Numbered from the stretch's first letter, positions 29,245 through 38,713 are shown. The stretch is 64,000 nucleotides of DNA from Terriglobia bacterium (GCA_021323595.1 JAJPKR010000061.1:83364-147363); one strand, 5' to 3'. Made by a program: numbers and translations. Notes: a model not told the origin generated them from the letters alone.

Positions 29245-30813
29245 GTGAAGCGCGCACATTGGGTTGGAATCGTCATCCTCGCCATGGCGGCGGCGGCCGC
29301 CGCGCAATCGTCGTTCGCTGAGCGAGTGGCGGCAGTGCTGGCACGCCCGCTTTTCCGGCACGCCACGTTCGGGATCGAGCTCTATTCGCTCGATCGCAAT
29401 GAGCCGCTGTTCCGGCTCAATGCCGATCAGCTCTTCACCCCCGCCTCGACCACCAAGTTGCTGACCGAAGGATCCGCGTTGGCGCTCTTGGGGCCGCAAT
29501 TTCGCTTCCATACGCGCGTGTTCGCCGCCGGGACGATCAAGAAGGGCGAGCTGCGCGGCGATCTCGTTTTAGTCGCGAGCGGCGATCCGGATTTGTCGAG
29601 CCGCCTGCGTCCCGACGGCACGCTGGCCTTCGAAAACGAAGATCACGCCTATGACGGCAGCCCTTACACGCGCGCGGTGCCGGGCGATCCGCTGATGGTG
29701 CTGGCGGAACTGGCGCACCAAGTCGCCGCGCGCGGCGTCCGCAAGATCAAGGGCCGGGTCCTGGTGGATGTGAATTTGTTTCCCGAGGGCGAGCGCGAGC
29801 TCGGTACGGGAACGGTGATTTCGCCTATCTGCGTCAACGACAACATCGTGGACGTCACGATCGGACCCGGCGCCGCCCCCGGCGCGCCGGTCACCATCCA
29901 TGTCTCCCCGGCGACGGCGTATGCGCGCTTCGTCAATTCCGCGGTCACGGGAGCGCCCAACTCGAAGCCCTCGATTCGCTGGGCGGCGGATCAGCGCGAG
30001 GCCGACGGCAGCCATGTGATTTCCATCGGCGGCAGCTTCCCCCAGGGGACGGCGCCGATTCTCTATGCCTACGCGGTGCCCGAGCCGTCGCGCTTCGCGG
30101 AAATGGCCCTGGAGCAAGAGTTGCGCGCCGCCGGCATCGCTCTCGCGCCGCCCAAAAAGCCGCAAGCGCCGGATTGGCCGGCGCTCGAACGCTGGTACAC
30201 CCCGGGGCATCAAGTGGCGGAACACGTCTCGCCGCCTTTCTATGAAGACGTGAAAGTCACGCTCAAAGTCAGCCAGAACCTGCACGCCAGCATGATGCCC
30301 TGGGTCGTCGGCGCCACGCTCAGCCATGCCGGCGCCAACGCCGAGCAGGCAGGCTTCGATTTGGAAAGAAGCTTCCTCGAGAAGGCCGGGCTCGATCTCA
30401 GCGCGGCATCCCAAGGCGACGGCGCAGGTGGAGCGCAATCGGCGTTTTTTACGCCGGATTTCATGGTTCATTACCTCGCCTTCATCGCCAGGCAGCCGGA
30501 TTTCTCCCTGTTTTACCGAGCGCTGCCGATCCTAGGACGCGACGGCACGCTCTGGAACATCCAAGTGTTGTCGCCGGCCGCCGGGCATGTCCATGCCAAG
30601 ACCGGAACCTTCGCCGCCTACGACGCGCTGAATCGCAATCTCATGGTCACCGGCAAGGGGCTGGCGGGCTATATGACCACGCTCAGCGGCCATCATCTTG
30701 CCTTCGCGCTCTATGCCAATCGCGTTTCCGTGCCGATGGACGGGCCGGACCCGGCCGAGATCGTGGGCCAGGCGCTCGGCGAGATTGCTGACGCCGCCTA
30801 TGAAGTCGAATAG
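29245..30813 (+). CDS. dacB: D-alanyl-D-alanine carboxypeptidase/endopeptidase (PBP4, peptidase S13)
   Basis: ORF 29095..30813 trimmed to an in-frame GTG at 29245, with AGGAG 7 nt upstream and a signal peptide (VKRAHWVGIVILAMAAAAAAQS). Active-site motif is PASTTKLLT (SxxK). Also has a KTG motif (HAKTGT). Confidence 0.88.
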   Translation: MKRAHWVGIVILAMAAAAAAQSSFAERVAAVLARPLFRHATFGIELYSLDRNEPLFRLNADQLFTPASTTKLLTEGSALALLGPQFRFHTRVFAAGTIKKGELRGDLVLVASGDPDLSSRLRPDGTLAFENEDHAYDGSPYTRAVPGDPLMVLAELAHQVAARGVRKIKGRVLVDVNLFPEGERELGTGTVISPICVNDNIVDVTIGPGAAPGAPVTIHVSPATAYARFVNSAVTGAPNSKPSIRWAADQREADGSHVISIGGSFPQGTAPILYAYAVPEPSRFAEMALEQELRAAGIALAPPKKPQAPDWPALERWYTPGHQVAEHVSPPFYEDVKVTLKVSQNLHASMMPWVVGATLSHAGANAEQAGFDLERSFLEKAGLDLSAASQGDGAGGAQSAFFTPDFMVHYLAFIARQPDFSLFYRALPILGRDGTLWNIQVLSPAAGHVHAKTGTFAAYDALNRNLMVTGKGLAGYMTTLSGHHLAFALYANRVSVPMDGPDPAEIVGQALGEIADAAYEVE

Positions 30814-30837
30814 GGCGTACGGCGCGCGCGTCGTTCT

Positions 30838-31095
30838 CTACCAGCGGTGGCGGCGTTTGCCGCAGCGGCGGCAGCGATAGGGCTGCATGCCGATCAACGC
30901 CCACATGTAATCGCTGCCGCTGCGGTGGCTGCGGCCGAGATCGGCTCCGCAGGGGCAGAACTTCGGCACAGCGGTACGCTCGCGATACCCGCACCCGGCA
31001 CACACCGACATCGCAGCCAAGCCGAAAAGCCTTTCGTACCAACGGCGAGATTCAGTTCTCGTTCGAATCTCCCCACATCGAGGACAGCGCACCAT
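30838..31095 (-). CDS. Small Cys-rich double zinc-ribbon protein (85 aa), unknown function
   Basis: MVRCPRCGE...CAGCGY...CPCGA...CRRCGK: four Cys pairs. Same strand as the acyl-ligase fusion gene and 39 nt downstream of it. Basic C-terminus. Confidence 0.5.
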   Translation of the reverse strand: MVRCPRCGEIRTRTESRRWYERLFGLAAMSVCAGCGYRERTAVPKFCPCGADLGRSHRSGSDYMWALIGMQPYRCRRCGKRRHRW

Positions 31096-31134
31096 GCCCG
31101 AGTAAGATCAGCGTAGCCGAGTCATCTCGAGGCA

Positions 31135-33708
31135 TCAAGATACTTTGCCCAATTGGGTCTCGAACCACGTCTGAAGAATCGCTGTGATTGCGGCAGGATC
31201 ATCCCCCCCGGACAGGTGGATCGGTGTGCCAAAGGTTACGCGCGCGCGGCCCCGGTGCGCGCGCTCCGCGCCCACGGGAAGGATCTCAAAGAGTCCCTCG
31301 ATGACGACCGGCACCACCGGCAGTTGCAGCGCGCGCACGAACACGCCGATGCCGGGGCGAAAGGCGTGCAGCCGCCCGTCGGGCGTGCGCGCGCCTTCGG
31401 GAAAGATCAGCGGACAGTAGCCGCGATCGGCCAACTCGCCGGCGCGGCGCAGCGCGCCTTGAATGCCGGTGCGTTCGGCCAGCACGAAAATATTGAAGAA
31501 GAATTCCAGCAGATGGTAGCGACGGCGGGCGCGGCGGCGCGCAGCCGGGCCATGGCCCGGCTCGAAATAGGCGCGAAAGGCATCCAGCGCCATGGCCGGC
31601 GCGAGCCAACGGCGCCAAGGGCGCGGCAGCGCGCGCAAGATCACCGGCACATCGAGCATGCTTTGATGGTTGGCGATGAAGAGGACAGGGCGGCGCAGGC
31701 CGGCCAAGTGCTCGCGGCCGTGCGCTTCGACCTTGGCCACCGTGCGCAGCAGCGGAAAGATCAGCGCCGATTGCAGCGGCGCCCGCAGCCAGCGCACCCA
31801 GGCGCGGGCGGGCCAGCGCGGATAGACATAGGAGCCAGGACGGGAAACCGCAAGGCCCGCGGCGCCGCCGGCCGCCGCGGCCGCCGGCGGGACGGGAGGA
31901 GCGGCCAGCAGCGATTCCAGGTCGGCGACGGTGCGCGCCTCGGCGAGCCCGGCTTCCTCGACGGCATAGCCGTGGGCATTGAGCCAAGCGAGCAGCTCCA
32001 CGCGATCGAGCGAGCCCAGGCCCAAATCCTCCGCAAGGCGGGCGGCGGGGCTGAGCCGCTCGGGGGAGACGCGCAGCCGTTCCACCAGATAGTCGCGCCA
32101 GGTATCCGCGCGCGGCGGCGCGGCGGGACCGGCGCGATGGTTGACCCATTGCGCGATGCGAACGCGCTGTAACTTGCGCGTGGAGGGCGTACGGGGCAAA
32201 GCCGGCTCCGGCCAGAGGCTATACCCGGCGATGCGCTGATGCGTTTCGAGTTGCTCGTTGGCTCGGCCCACTGCCGCGGCAAGGGCGGCGGCATCGAGGG
32301 GCGCGCGGGGCACGACGACCGCGTGCACCTGGGCGCGGCCCTGGTTCTCAGCGGCGACCACGGCGCTTTCCCGAATTTCCGGCTGGGCATCGAGCGCCTG
32401 CTCCACGTCGTCGGGATAGACATTCAGCCCTTCCGCGGTGACGATGACCTCTTTCTTCCGGCCTTTGTAGATGAGATTGCCTTCCGCATCGAGCTCGCCG
32501 AGGTCGCCGGTGCGCAGCCACCCATCCGCGAGGGTTTCGGCGGTGGCGGCAGGGTTGCGGTAATACCCGGGGGAGACGTTGGGACCGCGGACGAGGATTT
32601 CGCCGTCCGGCGCGATGCGAATTTCCATGCCCGCCAGCTTGCGGCCGACGGAGCCGCGGCGAATCTTGAAGGGATGGGTGATGGCGACCGCCGGCGCCGT
32701 TTCGGTGAGCCCGTAGCCTTGGACGACGGCATAGCCGAGCGCATGCCATAGCTCCTCTTGCTCGGCGGGCAGCGCCGCCGCGCCGACAATGAAGGCCCAC
32801 ATGCGCCAGCCCAGCCGCCGATGCAGGCGGCGCCACATCCACCAGCGCGCCGCCACGCTGCGGCCGCGGCCGCGCGCGACGGCCGCCGCGGCCGGCAGCG
32901 GCGGCGTTTGCAACTGCGCGAGCGCCCACTGCCCGAGCAGCTCGACCTGCTGCGGGACGGCGATGACGACCGAAGCGTGCGTGTCGCGAACGGCCGCGGC
33001 GATGCCGGCGGCGGCTTGCGTCTGCAGATAGACCACCGCGCTGTCCAGCAGCGGCGGAATCAACAAGCCCATGACTTGGCCGAAGAGATGGCTGAGCGGA
33101 ATCAGGTGGACGAAGCGCAGGGGCAGGAGCGGGCGCGCCCAGCGTTTGTACTTGCGCACTTCCTGCTCGATGGGCCGGAGATTCGCCAGCACGTTGCCAT
33201 GGGTGATCATCACCCCCTTGGGCTCGGCGGTGGCGCCGGAGGTGTAGACGATTTCCAGCAGCGCGTCGGGCGCAGCGGCGACCACCGCTTGCGGCTTAAA
33301 CGCGCGCGGCAGTTCGAGGAGGGCTTCGAAAGGGATCCCGGCGACGCCGGGGAGCGCGGCGGCGCGAGCCGCATCGGCGAGCAGCAGACGGGCGCCGGTG
33401 TGCTGCTGGATGCGGGTCGTGTAAGCGGCGGAAAAGTTGGCGTCCACGGGGACGATCACAGCGCCGGCGAGCAGGCATCCGTAGTAGGCGATCGCCCAAG
33501 CGGCGCCCGAAGGGCCCCACAACATCACGCGATCGCCCGGCGCGATCCGCGATTGCAGCAGGTTGCGGAGGGTGAAGGCCTTGCCGATCAGGTCGCGATA
33601 GGCGAGCTTATGGACGCGAGCCACTCCCCGGTCTTCAATGGCAAGGCGGGCGCCGAGATCGGCCAGGTCCGAGACGTACCGCGCCAAGGTGTCGAGGGAT
33701 GGCTTCAT
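31135..33708 (-). CDS. Tri-domain protein: AMP-dependent acyl ligase, carrier (PP-binding-like) domain, and 1-acyl-glycerol-3-phosphate/lysophospholipid acyltransferase
   Basis: 857 aa. Adenylation motifs are YTSGATAEPKGVMITHGN, GYGLTET and GWLRTGDLG...YKGRKKE. Residues 536-603 read ...LAEDLGLGSLDRVELLAWL (Ser566). Residues 640-830 carry the HX4D motif NHQSMLD and IFPEGARTPDG. Confidence 0.88.
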   Translation of the reverse strand: MKPSLDTLARYVSDLADLGARLAIEDRGVARVHKLAYRDLIGKAFTLRNLLQSRIAPGDRVMLWGPSGAAWAIAYYGCLLAGAVIVPVDANFSAAYTTRIQQHTGARLLLADAARAAALPGVAGIPFEALLELPRAFKPQAVVAAAPDALLEIVYTSGATAEPKGVMITHGNVLANLRPIEQEVRKYKRWARPLLPLRFVHLIPLSHLFGQVMGLLIPPLLDSAVVYLQTQAAAGIAAAVRDTHASVVIAVPQQVELLGQWALAQLQTPPLPAAAAVARGRGRSVAARWWMWRRLHRRLGWRMWAFIVGAAALPAEQEELWHALGYAVVQGYGLTETAPAVAITHPFKIRRGSVGRKLAGMEIRIAPDGEILVRGPNVSPGYYRNPAATAETLADGWLRTGDLGELDAEGNLIYKGRKKEVIVTAEGLNVYPDDVEQALDAQPEIRESAVVAAENQGRAQVHAVVVPRAPLDAAALAAAVGRANEQLETHQRIAGYSLWPEPALPRTPSTRKLQRVRIAQWVNHRAGPAAPPRADTWRDYLVERLRVSPERLSPAARLAEDLGLGSLDRVELLAWLNAHGYAVEEAGLAEARTVADLESLLAAPPVPPAAAAAGGAAGLAVSRPGSYVYPRWPARAWVRWLRAPLQSALIFPLLRTVAKVEAHGREHLAGLRRPVLFIANHQSMLDVPVILRALPRPWRRWLAPAMALDAFRAYFEPGHGPAARRRARRRYHLLEFFFNIFVLAERTGIQGALRRAGELADRGYCPLIFPEGARTPDGRLHAFRPGIGVFVRALQLPVVPVVIEGLFEILPVGAERAHRGRARVTFGTPIHLSGGDDPAAITAILQTWFETQLGKVS

Positions 33709-33755
33709 GGAAGGCCGTCAGCAGTTTGCGAAGGCTGAGAATGCGGCGCCGGATC

Positions 33756-35150
33756 TCACGTGAATTCCGTGCCGATTTGGGCCAAGGCGGCGAAGAGCGC
33801 CGGTTCTTCCTCCTGGGCCACGGTACGCGGATCAAGGACGACGCGATCGTCGGCGATGCGCGCCACTATGGGCGGGTCGGCGGCGCGCAGGCGCGCCTCC
33901 AGCGCGGCGGCGCTGAGCGCGGCGGGAGCGAGCGCGACCAGCCAGGTGGGAAGGGCGGCGCCGGCGCCGGCGCCGCCTCCGATCAGCGATTCCCCGCTGA
34001 TCACCTGCGCCCGCCAATGCGCGGCCAGGCGGGCGGCCCATGCCTCGGCGCGCGCGCGCAGGTCGGCGGCACGCAGCATGCGTACGGCGGGGACTTCCTC
34101 CTCGCGGCCTTGTGCGTAGAGCCGCAGCGTCGCCTCCAAGGCGGCATAGGTGAGGCGGTCCACGCGCAGCGCGCGAAACAGGGGGTTGGCGCGCAGGCGG
34201 TCGAGGTATGTCTTCTGCCCGCTGATCAGGCCGGCTTGCGGGCCGCCGAGCAGCTTGTCCCCGCTGTAGGTGACGATGGCCGCGCCGGCGGCGATGCTCT
34301 CGCCGACCAGCGGCTCGCGCACCCCGGTGGCGGCGCTCAAATCCAGCCAGGCGCCGCTGCCGAGGTCTTCGACGACGGGTAGGCGGTGCTCGCGGCCGAG
34401 CGCGACGAGCTCGGCGAGCGACGGCTGCTCGACGAAGCCCTGCATCACGAAGTTGCTGCGATGCACGCGCAGCAGCAGGCGGGTGCGCGGAGTGAGGGCG
34501 GCGCGGTAGTCGGCGATGCGGGTGCGGTTGGTGGTCCCGACTTCGACCATGCGGGCGCCGCTGCGGGCCATGATTTCCGGGATGCGGAAGGAGCCGCCGA
34601 TCTCGACCAATTCGCCGCGCGAGATCACGGCCTCGCCGGGGTCCTCGGGCGCGCCCGCCAGCGTATTCAGCGCCAGCAGGACGGCGGCGGCGTTGTTGTT
34701 GACCACGAGCGTGCGCTCGGCGCCAGTCCAAGCGCAAGCGAGCGCCTCCACATGGACGTCGCGGCGGCCGCGCGCGCCGGCCGGCAAATCGAACTCCAAG
34801 TTCGAATAGCCGCGCGCCAAGACGGCGAGGCGCTCGGCGGCGGCGGCGGCGAGCGGAGCGCGGCCGAGGTTGGTGTGCAGGATGGTGCCGGTGGCGTTGA
34901 TGACGGGACGCAGCGAGAACGCCAGGCGGGCGGCGGCGCGGCGGCGCAGATCGGCGGCGAGATCCTCGGCGGGGACTTCGCCCGCGGAGAGGCGGCGGCG
35001 CCGTTCCGCCAGCGCGGCGCGAATCACCTCGCGCGCCCAGGCCGGCCCCAGCGCCTGCCAGAGCGCGGCCAGCTCAGGACGGCGCAAGAGCTCGTCCACC
35101 GAAGGCAGCGCGCGTTGCGGCGGCGTGGCCACGCAATCGCCCGCGCTCAC
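33756..35150 (-). CDS. selA: L-seryl-tRNA(Sec) selenium transferase SelA
   Basis: 464 aa. N-terminus LPSVDELLR, then [44 protein letters not shown] and [12 protein letters not shown] (PLP Lys). The GTG start overlaps the prfA stop (GTGA, 35147..35150). Confidence 0.9.
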   Translation of the reverse strand: MSAGDCVATPPQRALPSVDELLRRPELAALWQALGPAWAREVIRAALAERRRRLSAGEVPAEDLAADLRRRAAARLAFSLRPVINATGTILHTNLGRAPLAAAAAERLAVLARGYSNLEFDLPAGARGRRDVHVEALACAWTGAERTLVVNNNAAAVLLALNTLAGAPEDPGEAVISRGELVEIGGSFRIPEIMARSGARMVEVGTTNRTRIADYRAALTPRTRLLLRVHRSNFVMQGFVEQPSLAELVALGREHRLPVVEDLGSGAWLDLSAATGVREPLVGESIAAGAAIVTYSGDKLLGGPQAGLISGQKTYLDRLRANPLFRALRVDRLTYAALEATLRLYAQGREEEVPAVRMLRAADLRARAEAWAARLAAHWRAQVISGESLIGGGAGAGAALPTWLVALAPAALSAAALEARLRAADPPIVARIADDRVVLDPRTVAQEEEPALFAALAQIGTEFT

Positions 35151-36223
35151 ACCGCGGGCGCGCTCACCGCGCGCAGGCGCTCGGCCTGGTCTTCGGCGGC
35201 GAGGGCGTCGATCAGCTCGTCGAGCTTGCCATCCATGATGTCGCCGATGCGGTGCAGCGTGAGGCCGATGCGGTGATCGGTCACCCGGTCCTGGGGAAAA
35301 TTGTAGGTCCGAATCTTTTCGCTGCGATCGCCGGTGCCCACTTGCGAACGGCGGGTGGCGGCGATCTGCTCATGCTGCTTCTGCTGCTCGATCTCTTGCA
35401 GGCGCGAGCGCAGGACCCGCATCGCCTTGGCGCGGTTCTTGATCTGCGACTTTTCGTCCTGGCACGAGACGACCAAGCCGGTGGGCAGGTGCGTGATCCG
35501 GACGGCGGAGTAGGTCGTGTTCACCGATTGCCCGCCGGGGCCGGACGAGCAAAAGGTGTCGATGCGGATGTCCTTGGGGTTGATCTCGACCTCGATCTCC
35601 TCGGCTTCCGGCAGCACGGCCACGGTGACGGCGGAGGTGTGAACCCGGCCTTGCTGCTCGGTGGCCGGGACGCGCTGCACGCGGTGCACGCCGCTTTCGA
35701 ACTTGAGGCGGCTGTAGGCGCCGCGGCCCTCGACGATGGCGACCACTTCCTTGAGCCCGTGCACGCCCGATTCGCTGGTGCTGAGGACTTCCACCCGCCA
35801 GCGATGCGCCTCGGCGTAGCGCGCGTACATGCGAAACATCTCGGCGGCAAAGAGGCTGGCTTCGTCGCCGCCGGTGCCGGCGCGGATTTCCAGCACGACG
35901 TTCTTTTCGTCGTTGGGATCGCGCGGCACCAGCAGGCGCTTCAGCTCGGCCTCTTCCTGTTCGCGGCGCCGCTCGAGCGCGGCGATTTCTTCATTCACCA
36001 ACTCGCGCCATTCGGCGTCGCCGTCGGCCAAGGTGGCGCGGGTGTCGGCGATGCCCTGGGTCAGCTTGCGGTAGGCGCGATAACGCTCGGCGATTTCAGA
36101 CAGCTCGGCGTGCGCCTTGGCGGCCTTTTGATAGCGCGCGCTATCGGCCAGGAGCTCCGGCGACGCCAATTGCGCCGTCAGCTCCTCGTAGCGGGCCTCG
36201 ATTTCATCCAGCTTATTGAACAC
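35147..36223 (-). CDS. prfA: Peptide chain release factor 1
   Basis: 358 aa. Has the PAT tripeptide (VPATEQQGR), which is RF1-specific, and the GGQ motif ([11 protein letters not shown]). No internal frameshift site. Confidence 0.97.
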   Translation of the reverse strand: MFNKLDEIEARYEELTAQLASPELLADSARYQKAAKAHAELSEIAERYRAYRKLTQGIADTRATLADGDAEWRELVNEEIAALERRREQEEAELKRLLVPRDPNDEKNVVLEIRAGTGGDEASLFAAEMFRMYARYAEAHRWRVEVLSTSESGVHGLKEVVAIVEGRGAYSRLKFESGVHRVQRVPATEQQGRVHTSAVTVAVLPEAEEIEVEINPKDIRIDTFCSSGPGGQSVNTTYSAVRITHLPTGLVVSCQDEKSQIKNRAKAMRVLRSRLQEIEQQKQHEQIAATRRSQVGTGDRSEKIRTYNFPQDRVTDHRIGLTLHRIGDIMDGKLDELIDALAAEDQAERLRAVSAPAV

Positions 36224-36247
36224 GGTCGTCGTCTGTTTCCGCGATGG

Positions 36248-37291
36248 TCAAGCAATGATCAATTGGCCGCCCTGGCTTTGCTCCAGCGCCATGGCCTCTT
36301 CGAGGGCGCGAATGGAGCACTCGAGCTGATCGTCGCTCGGCTCGCGCGTGGTGATGCGCTGCAGCCATAGCCCCGGCCGCGCCAGCACCGCGAAGAGCGA
36401 ACCGCCGTGCTTGGCAGTGTAACGGATCACCTCGTAGCCGAGCCCGATCAGCAGGGGCAAGAGCGCCAGGCGGATGGCGAGCTTGATCCAGAAGCCATCC
36501 ATGGGAATGAAGATGTAGGCGCCGATCGCCAGCAGCATGATCACGATCATGAAACTGGTGCCGCAGCGCGGATGCAAGCGGGTGAAGCGGCGGGCATTGG
36601 CCACGGTGACGGGTTCGCCCGACTCGAAGTTGAACACCACCTTGTGCTCGGCGCCGTGATATTCATACACGCGGCGGATGTCGGGCATCAGCGCCAGCCC
36701 GGCGATGAAGCCCAAAAAGAGCGCCACGCGGATCACGCCGTCGGCGAGATTGAAGAGGATCTGGCCGCGGAACGCCGTCCAGGAATGGGCCAAGCCGGTC
36801 GCAGCGAGCAGCGGCAAGAACTTATAGAAAGCGATGAAGAAGACCAGCGAGGCCGCCAGGCTGGCAGCCACGCCCCAACGGGAAATCTCGCCTCTTTTCT
36901 CTTCCGGCGCGGCGGCGGCGGGCGCAGCGGCGACGGGCGCCGGTTGCAGCTCCGGCTGGAGGGCGGCATCGCCGCTGAAGCGGAGCGCCTTGACGCCCAG
37001 GGCCATCGCCTGGCCGAGCGTCGCCAGCCCGCGCAGCACCGGCCAGCGCCAATAGCGATGACGGTCGGAGAGCCGCTGCAGCGTTTGCCGCTGCACGGCG
37101 ATATCGCCCGCGGGGCGGCGCACGGCCACCGCATAGGCGCGCGGCGAGCGCATCATCACGCCCTCGATCACCGCCTGCCCGCCGATCAGCACCTCGGCCT
37201 CGGCGGCGGCGAGGGCGGCATGGAGCAGCAGCGGGGCGGCCAGCGCGCGCCGCCAGCCCCCGAGCCACGCCGAATTCATCCGTTTCACCAT
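36248..37291 (-). CDS. DUF1385 family membrane protein (commonly linked to prfA/prmC)
   Basis: 347 aa. Motifs IGGQAVIEGVMMRSP, YHGAEHK, HPRCGTSF and WLQRITTREP. The start may be the second ATG at 37279; the first ATG overlaps the vapC stop. Confidence 0.85.
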   Translation of the reverse strand: MVKRMNSAWLGGWRRALAAPLLLHAALAAAEAEVLIGGQAVIEGVMMRSPRAYAVAVRRPAGDIAVQRQTLQRLSDRHRYWRWPVLRGLATLGQAMALGVKALRFSGDAALQPELQPAPVAAAPAAAAPEEKRGEISRWGVAASLAASLVFFIAFYKFLPLLAATGLAHSWTAFRGQILFNLADGVIRVALFLGFIAGLALMPDIRRVYEYHGAEHKVVFNFESGEPVTVANARRFTRLHPRCGTSFMIVIMLLAIGAYIFIPMDGFWIKLAIRLALLPLLIGLGYEVIRYTAKHGGSLFAVLARPGLWLQRITTREPSDDQLECSIRALEEAMALEQSQGGQLIIA

Positions 37292-37680
37292 ATCGTTTCC
37301 ACAACCCCGCTTGCGCGAATCCTTTCGTCCTTGGTGACCAAAGCGACGCCCAGCTCGATCGCGGTGGCAGCGATGATGCGGTCTGCGGGATCACCGGGGA
37401 ACGCCGCCGGCAGCTCAGCGGCGGTGAGGGCAATGGCTTCGGTCATGTCCTGCATCCTCACCTGCGTGGCTTCGAGCACCGCCCGCACCGCCGCCCGGGC
37501 CGGGCCTGGATAACGCAGCCGGCCGCGCGCGAACATCATGCCCAGCTCCCAGACGCTCGTTCCGGCCAGCACCAGCCCGTCCTGCCGGCGCTCCCGAGTG
37601 ATCGCCGCCTTCGCCTTAGGGGAAAGGCACTCTGGATTCAGCGCCATCCAAAGGGCGACCTGAGTGTCCAGAACGATCAC
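37285..37680 (-). CDS. vapC: PIN-domain toxin VapC
   Basis: ORF 37285..37872 trimmed to GTG 37680, which overlaps the antitoxin stop (GTGA). N-terminus is VIVLDTQVALW; also ...DPADRIIAATAIELGVALVTKDERI. ~131 aa, typical PIN size and acidic residues. Confidence 0.8.
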   Translation of the reverse strand: MIVLDTQVALWMALNPECLSPKAKAAITRERRQDGLVLAGTSVWELGMMFARGRLRYPGPARAAVRAVLEATQVRMQDMTEAIALTAAELPAAFPGDPADRIIAATAIELGVALVTKDERIRASGVVETIW

Positions 37681-37907
37681 TTGAGCGCGTTCCAGTCCTC
37701 GGCCGGAGCGGCTGGCGCTTCGATGTCCCCCACGATCTCCATGACGCCGCGCAGGCGGCCGAAAATGTCGTCGGGCTCGCCCGCAGGCAGGACCTTCACC
37801 ACCGGCTTGCCGCGCTTGGTGACGGTGACCGGGGCGCGCGTCTTGCGCACCTCGTCCATCACCTGCAAGCAATGCGCCTTGAACTCGGTGGCCGAAATCG
37901 TCCGCAT
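37677..37907 (-). CDS. Phd/YefM-type antitoxin
   Basis: 76 aa. MRTISATEFKAHCLQVMDEVRKTRAPVTVTKRGKPVVKVLP is a typical Phd/YefM N-terminal fold. Acidic C-terminal tail. Confidence 0.8.
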   Translation of the reverse strand: MRTISATEFKAHCLQVMDEVRKTRAPVTVTKRGKPVVKVLPAGEPDDIFGRLRGVMEIVGDIEAPAAPAEDWNALK

Positions 37908-37916
37908 GATCCTAAG

Positions 37917-37936
37917 TGGTCATTTTAACATGACCA
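37917..37936 (-). promoter_or_regulatory. Perfect inverted repeat TGGTCAT-N6-ATGACCA overlapping an extended -10 (TGtTAAAAT): candidate autoregulatory operator/promoter of the TA operon
   Basis: Arms 37917..37923 and 37930..37936 are exact complements. The minus-strand TAAAAT (37927..37922) lies 14 nt upstream of the antitoxin ATG (37907). AGGA sits just before the ATG. Confidence 0.5.
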
Positions 37937-37954
37937 GTTGGCGCAGCCGCGCCG

Positions 37955-38713
37955 CTAGGCGGCTTCCGGAGCGGCTTGGCAGCCGTGAAAGAGGTCGCCC
38001 GAGGCCTGCAGCAGGCCGCGTTCGCAGCCGAGCGGGGCGGCGGCCAAGTGATAGCGCTCGACGCCGCGGCTGCTGGCGCGCATGAACTCCTCGAAGCGCG
38101 GCGCCAGCGGGTTTTGCGTGAGGTGCGCCTTGAAGGCGGTGATCTTGAGCTCGAGAAAGGCGGATATATCCACTTCGACGTCCACGGGCGGCAGCAGCAC
38201 GCGATTCGCATGCGGCGGCTGGACGGTGCCGGTGGAATAGAACAGGCGCTCGGCCTGGAATGCGGGCTTGCCGTCCAGCGGGAAAGGCTTCTCCTGCGCT
38301 GCGCCGTGGAAAGCCGCGGTGGCCAGCAGGCTGGACATGCCATGATCGGGATGCGCGGTGAGGCCGCCCTCAGGGCCGAAGGCGAGCACCACCTGCGGGC
38401 GAAAGTCGCGCACAACCCCGACCAGGCGCGCGGCGGCTTGGTAAAAGTTGATCTCGCTCAGCTTGGAGTCGGGATAACTCCACACTTGATGCGAACTCAC
38501 GCGCAAGAGCTCGCAACTGCGCGCCATCTCCTGGGTGCGCATGGCGGCCAATTCCTCTTTGTCGGCGGCGCGTCCGCGATGGCGTCCGGCCTCGCCGGCC
38601 GTCAGGCAGATCACGCAGGTCTGCACGCCGAGCGACGCCATTTTGGCCAGGGTGCCGCCGAAATTCCCCGCCTCGTCGTCGGGGTGAGCCGTGATGCACA
38701 GCAGCCGCCGCAT
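37955..38713 (-). CDS. PIG-L/LmbE family N-acetylglucosaminyl deacetylase
   Basis: 252 aa. Motifs ITAHPDDE, HPDH and ...CLTAGEAG. A minus-strand TAAAAT (38725..38720) lies only 6 nt upstream of the ATG, so the transcript may be leaderless. Confidence 0.85.
   Translation of the reverse strand: MRRLLCITAHPDDEAGNFGGTLAKMASLGVQTCVICLTAGEAGRHRGRAADKEELAAMRTQEMARSCELLRVSSHQVWSYPDSKLSEINFYQAAARLVGVVRDFRPQVVLAFGPEGGLTAHPDHGMSSLLATAAFHGAAQEKPFPLDGKPAFQAERLFYSTGTVQPPHANRVLLPPVDVEVDISAFLELKITAFKAHLTQNPLAPRFEEFMRASSRGVERYHLAAAPLGCERGLLQASGDLFHGCQAAPEAA

Noticed and set aside
35147-36223. Programmed +1 frameshift in the release-factor gene.
   Set aside because: The protein has the RF1 PAT motif and a single uninterrupted frame. 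The frameshift is a property of prfB (RF2), which is not in this window.
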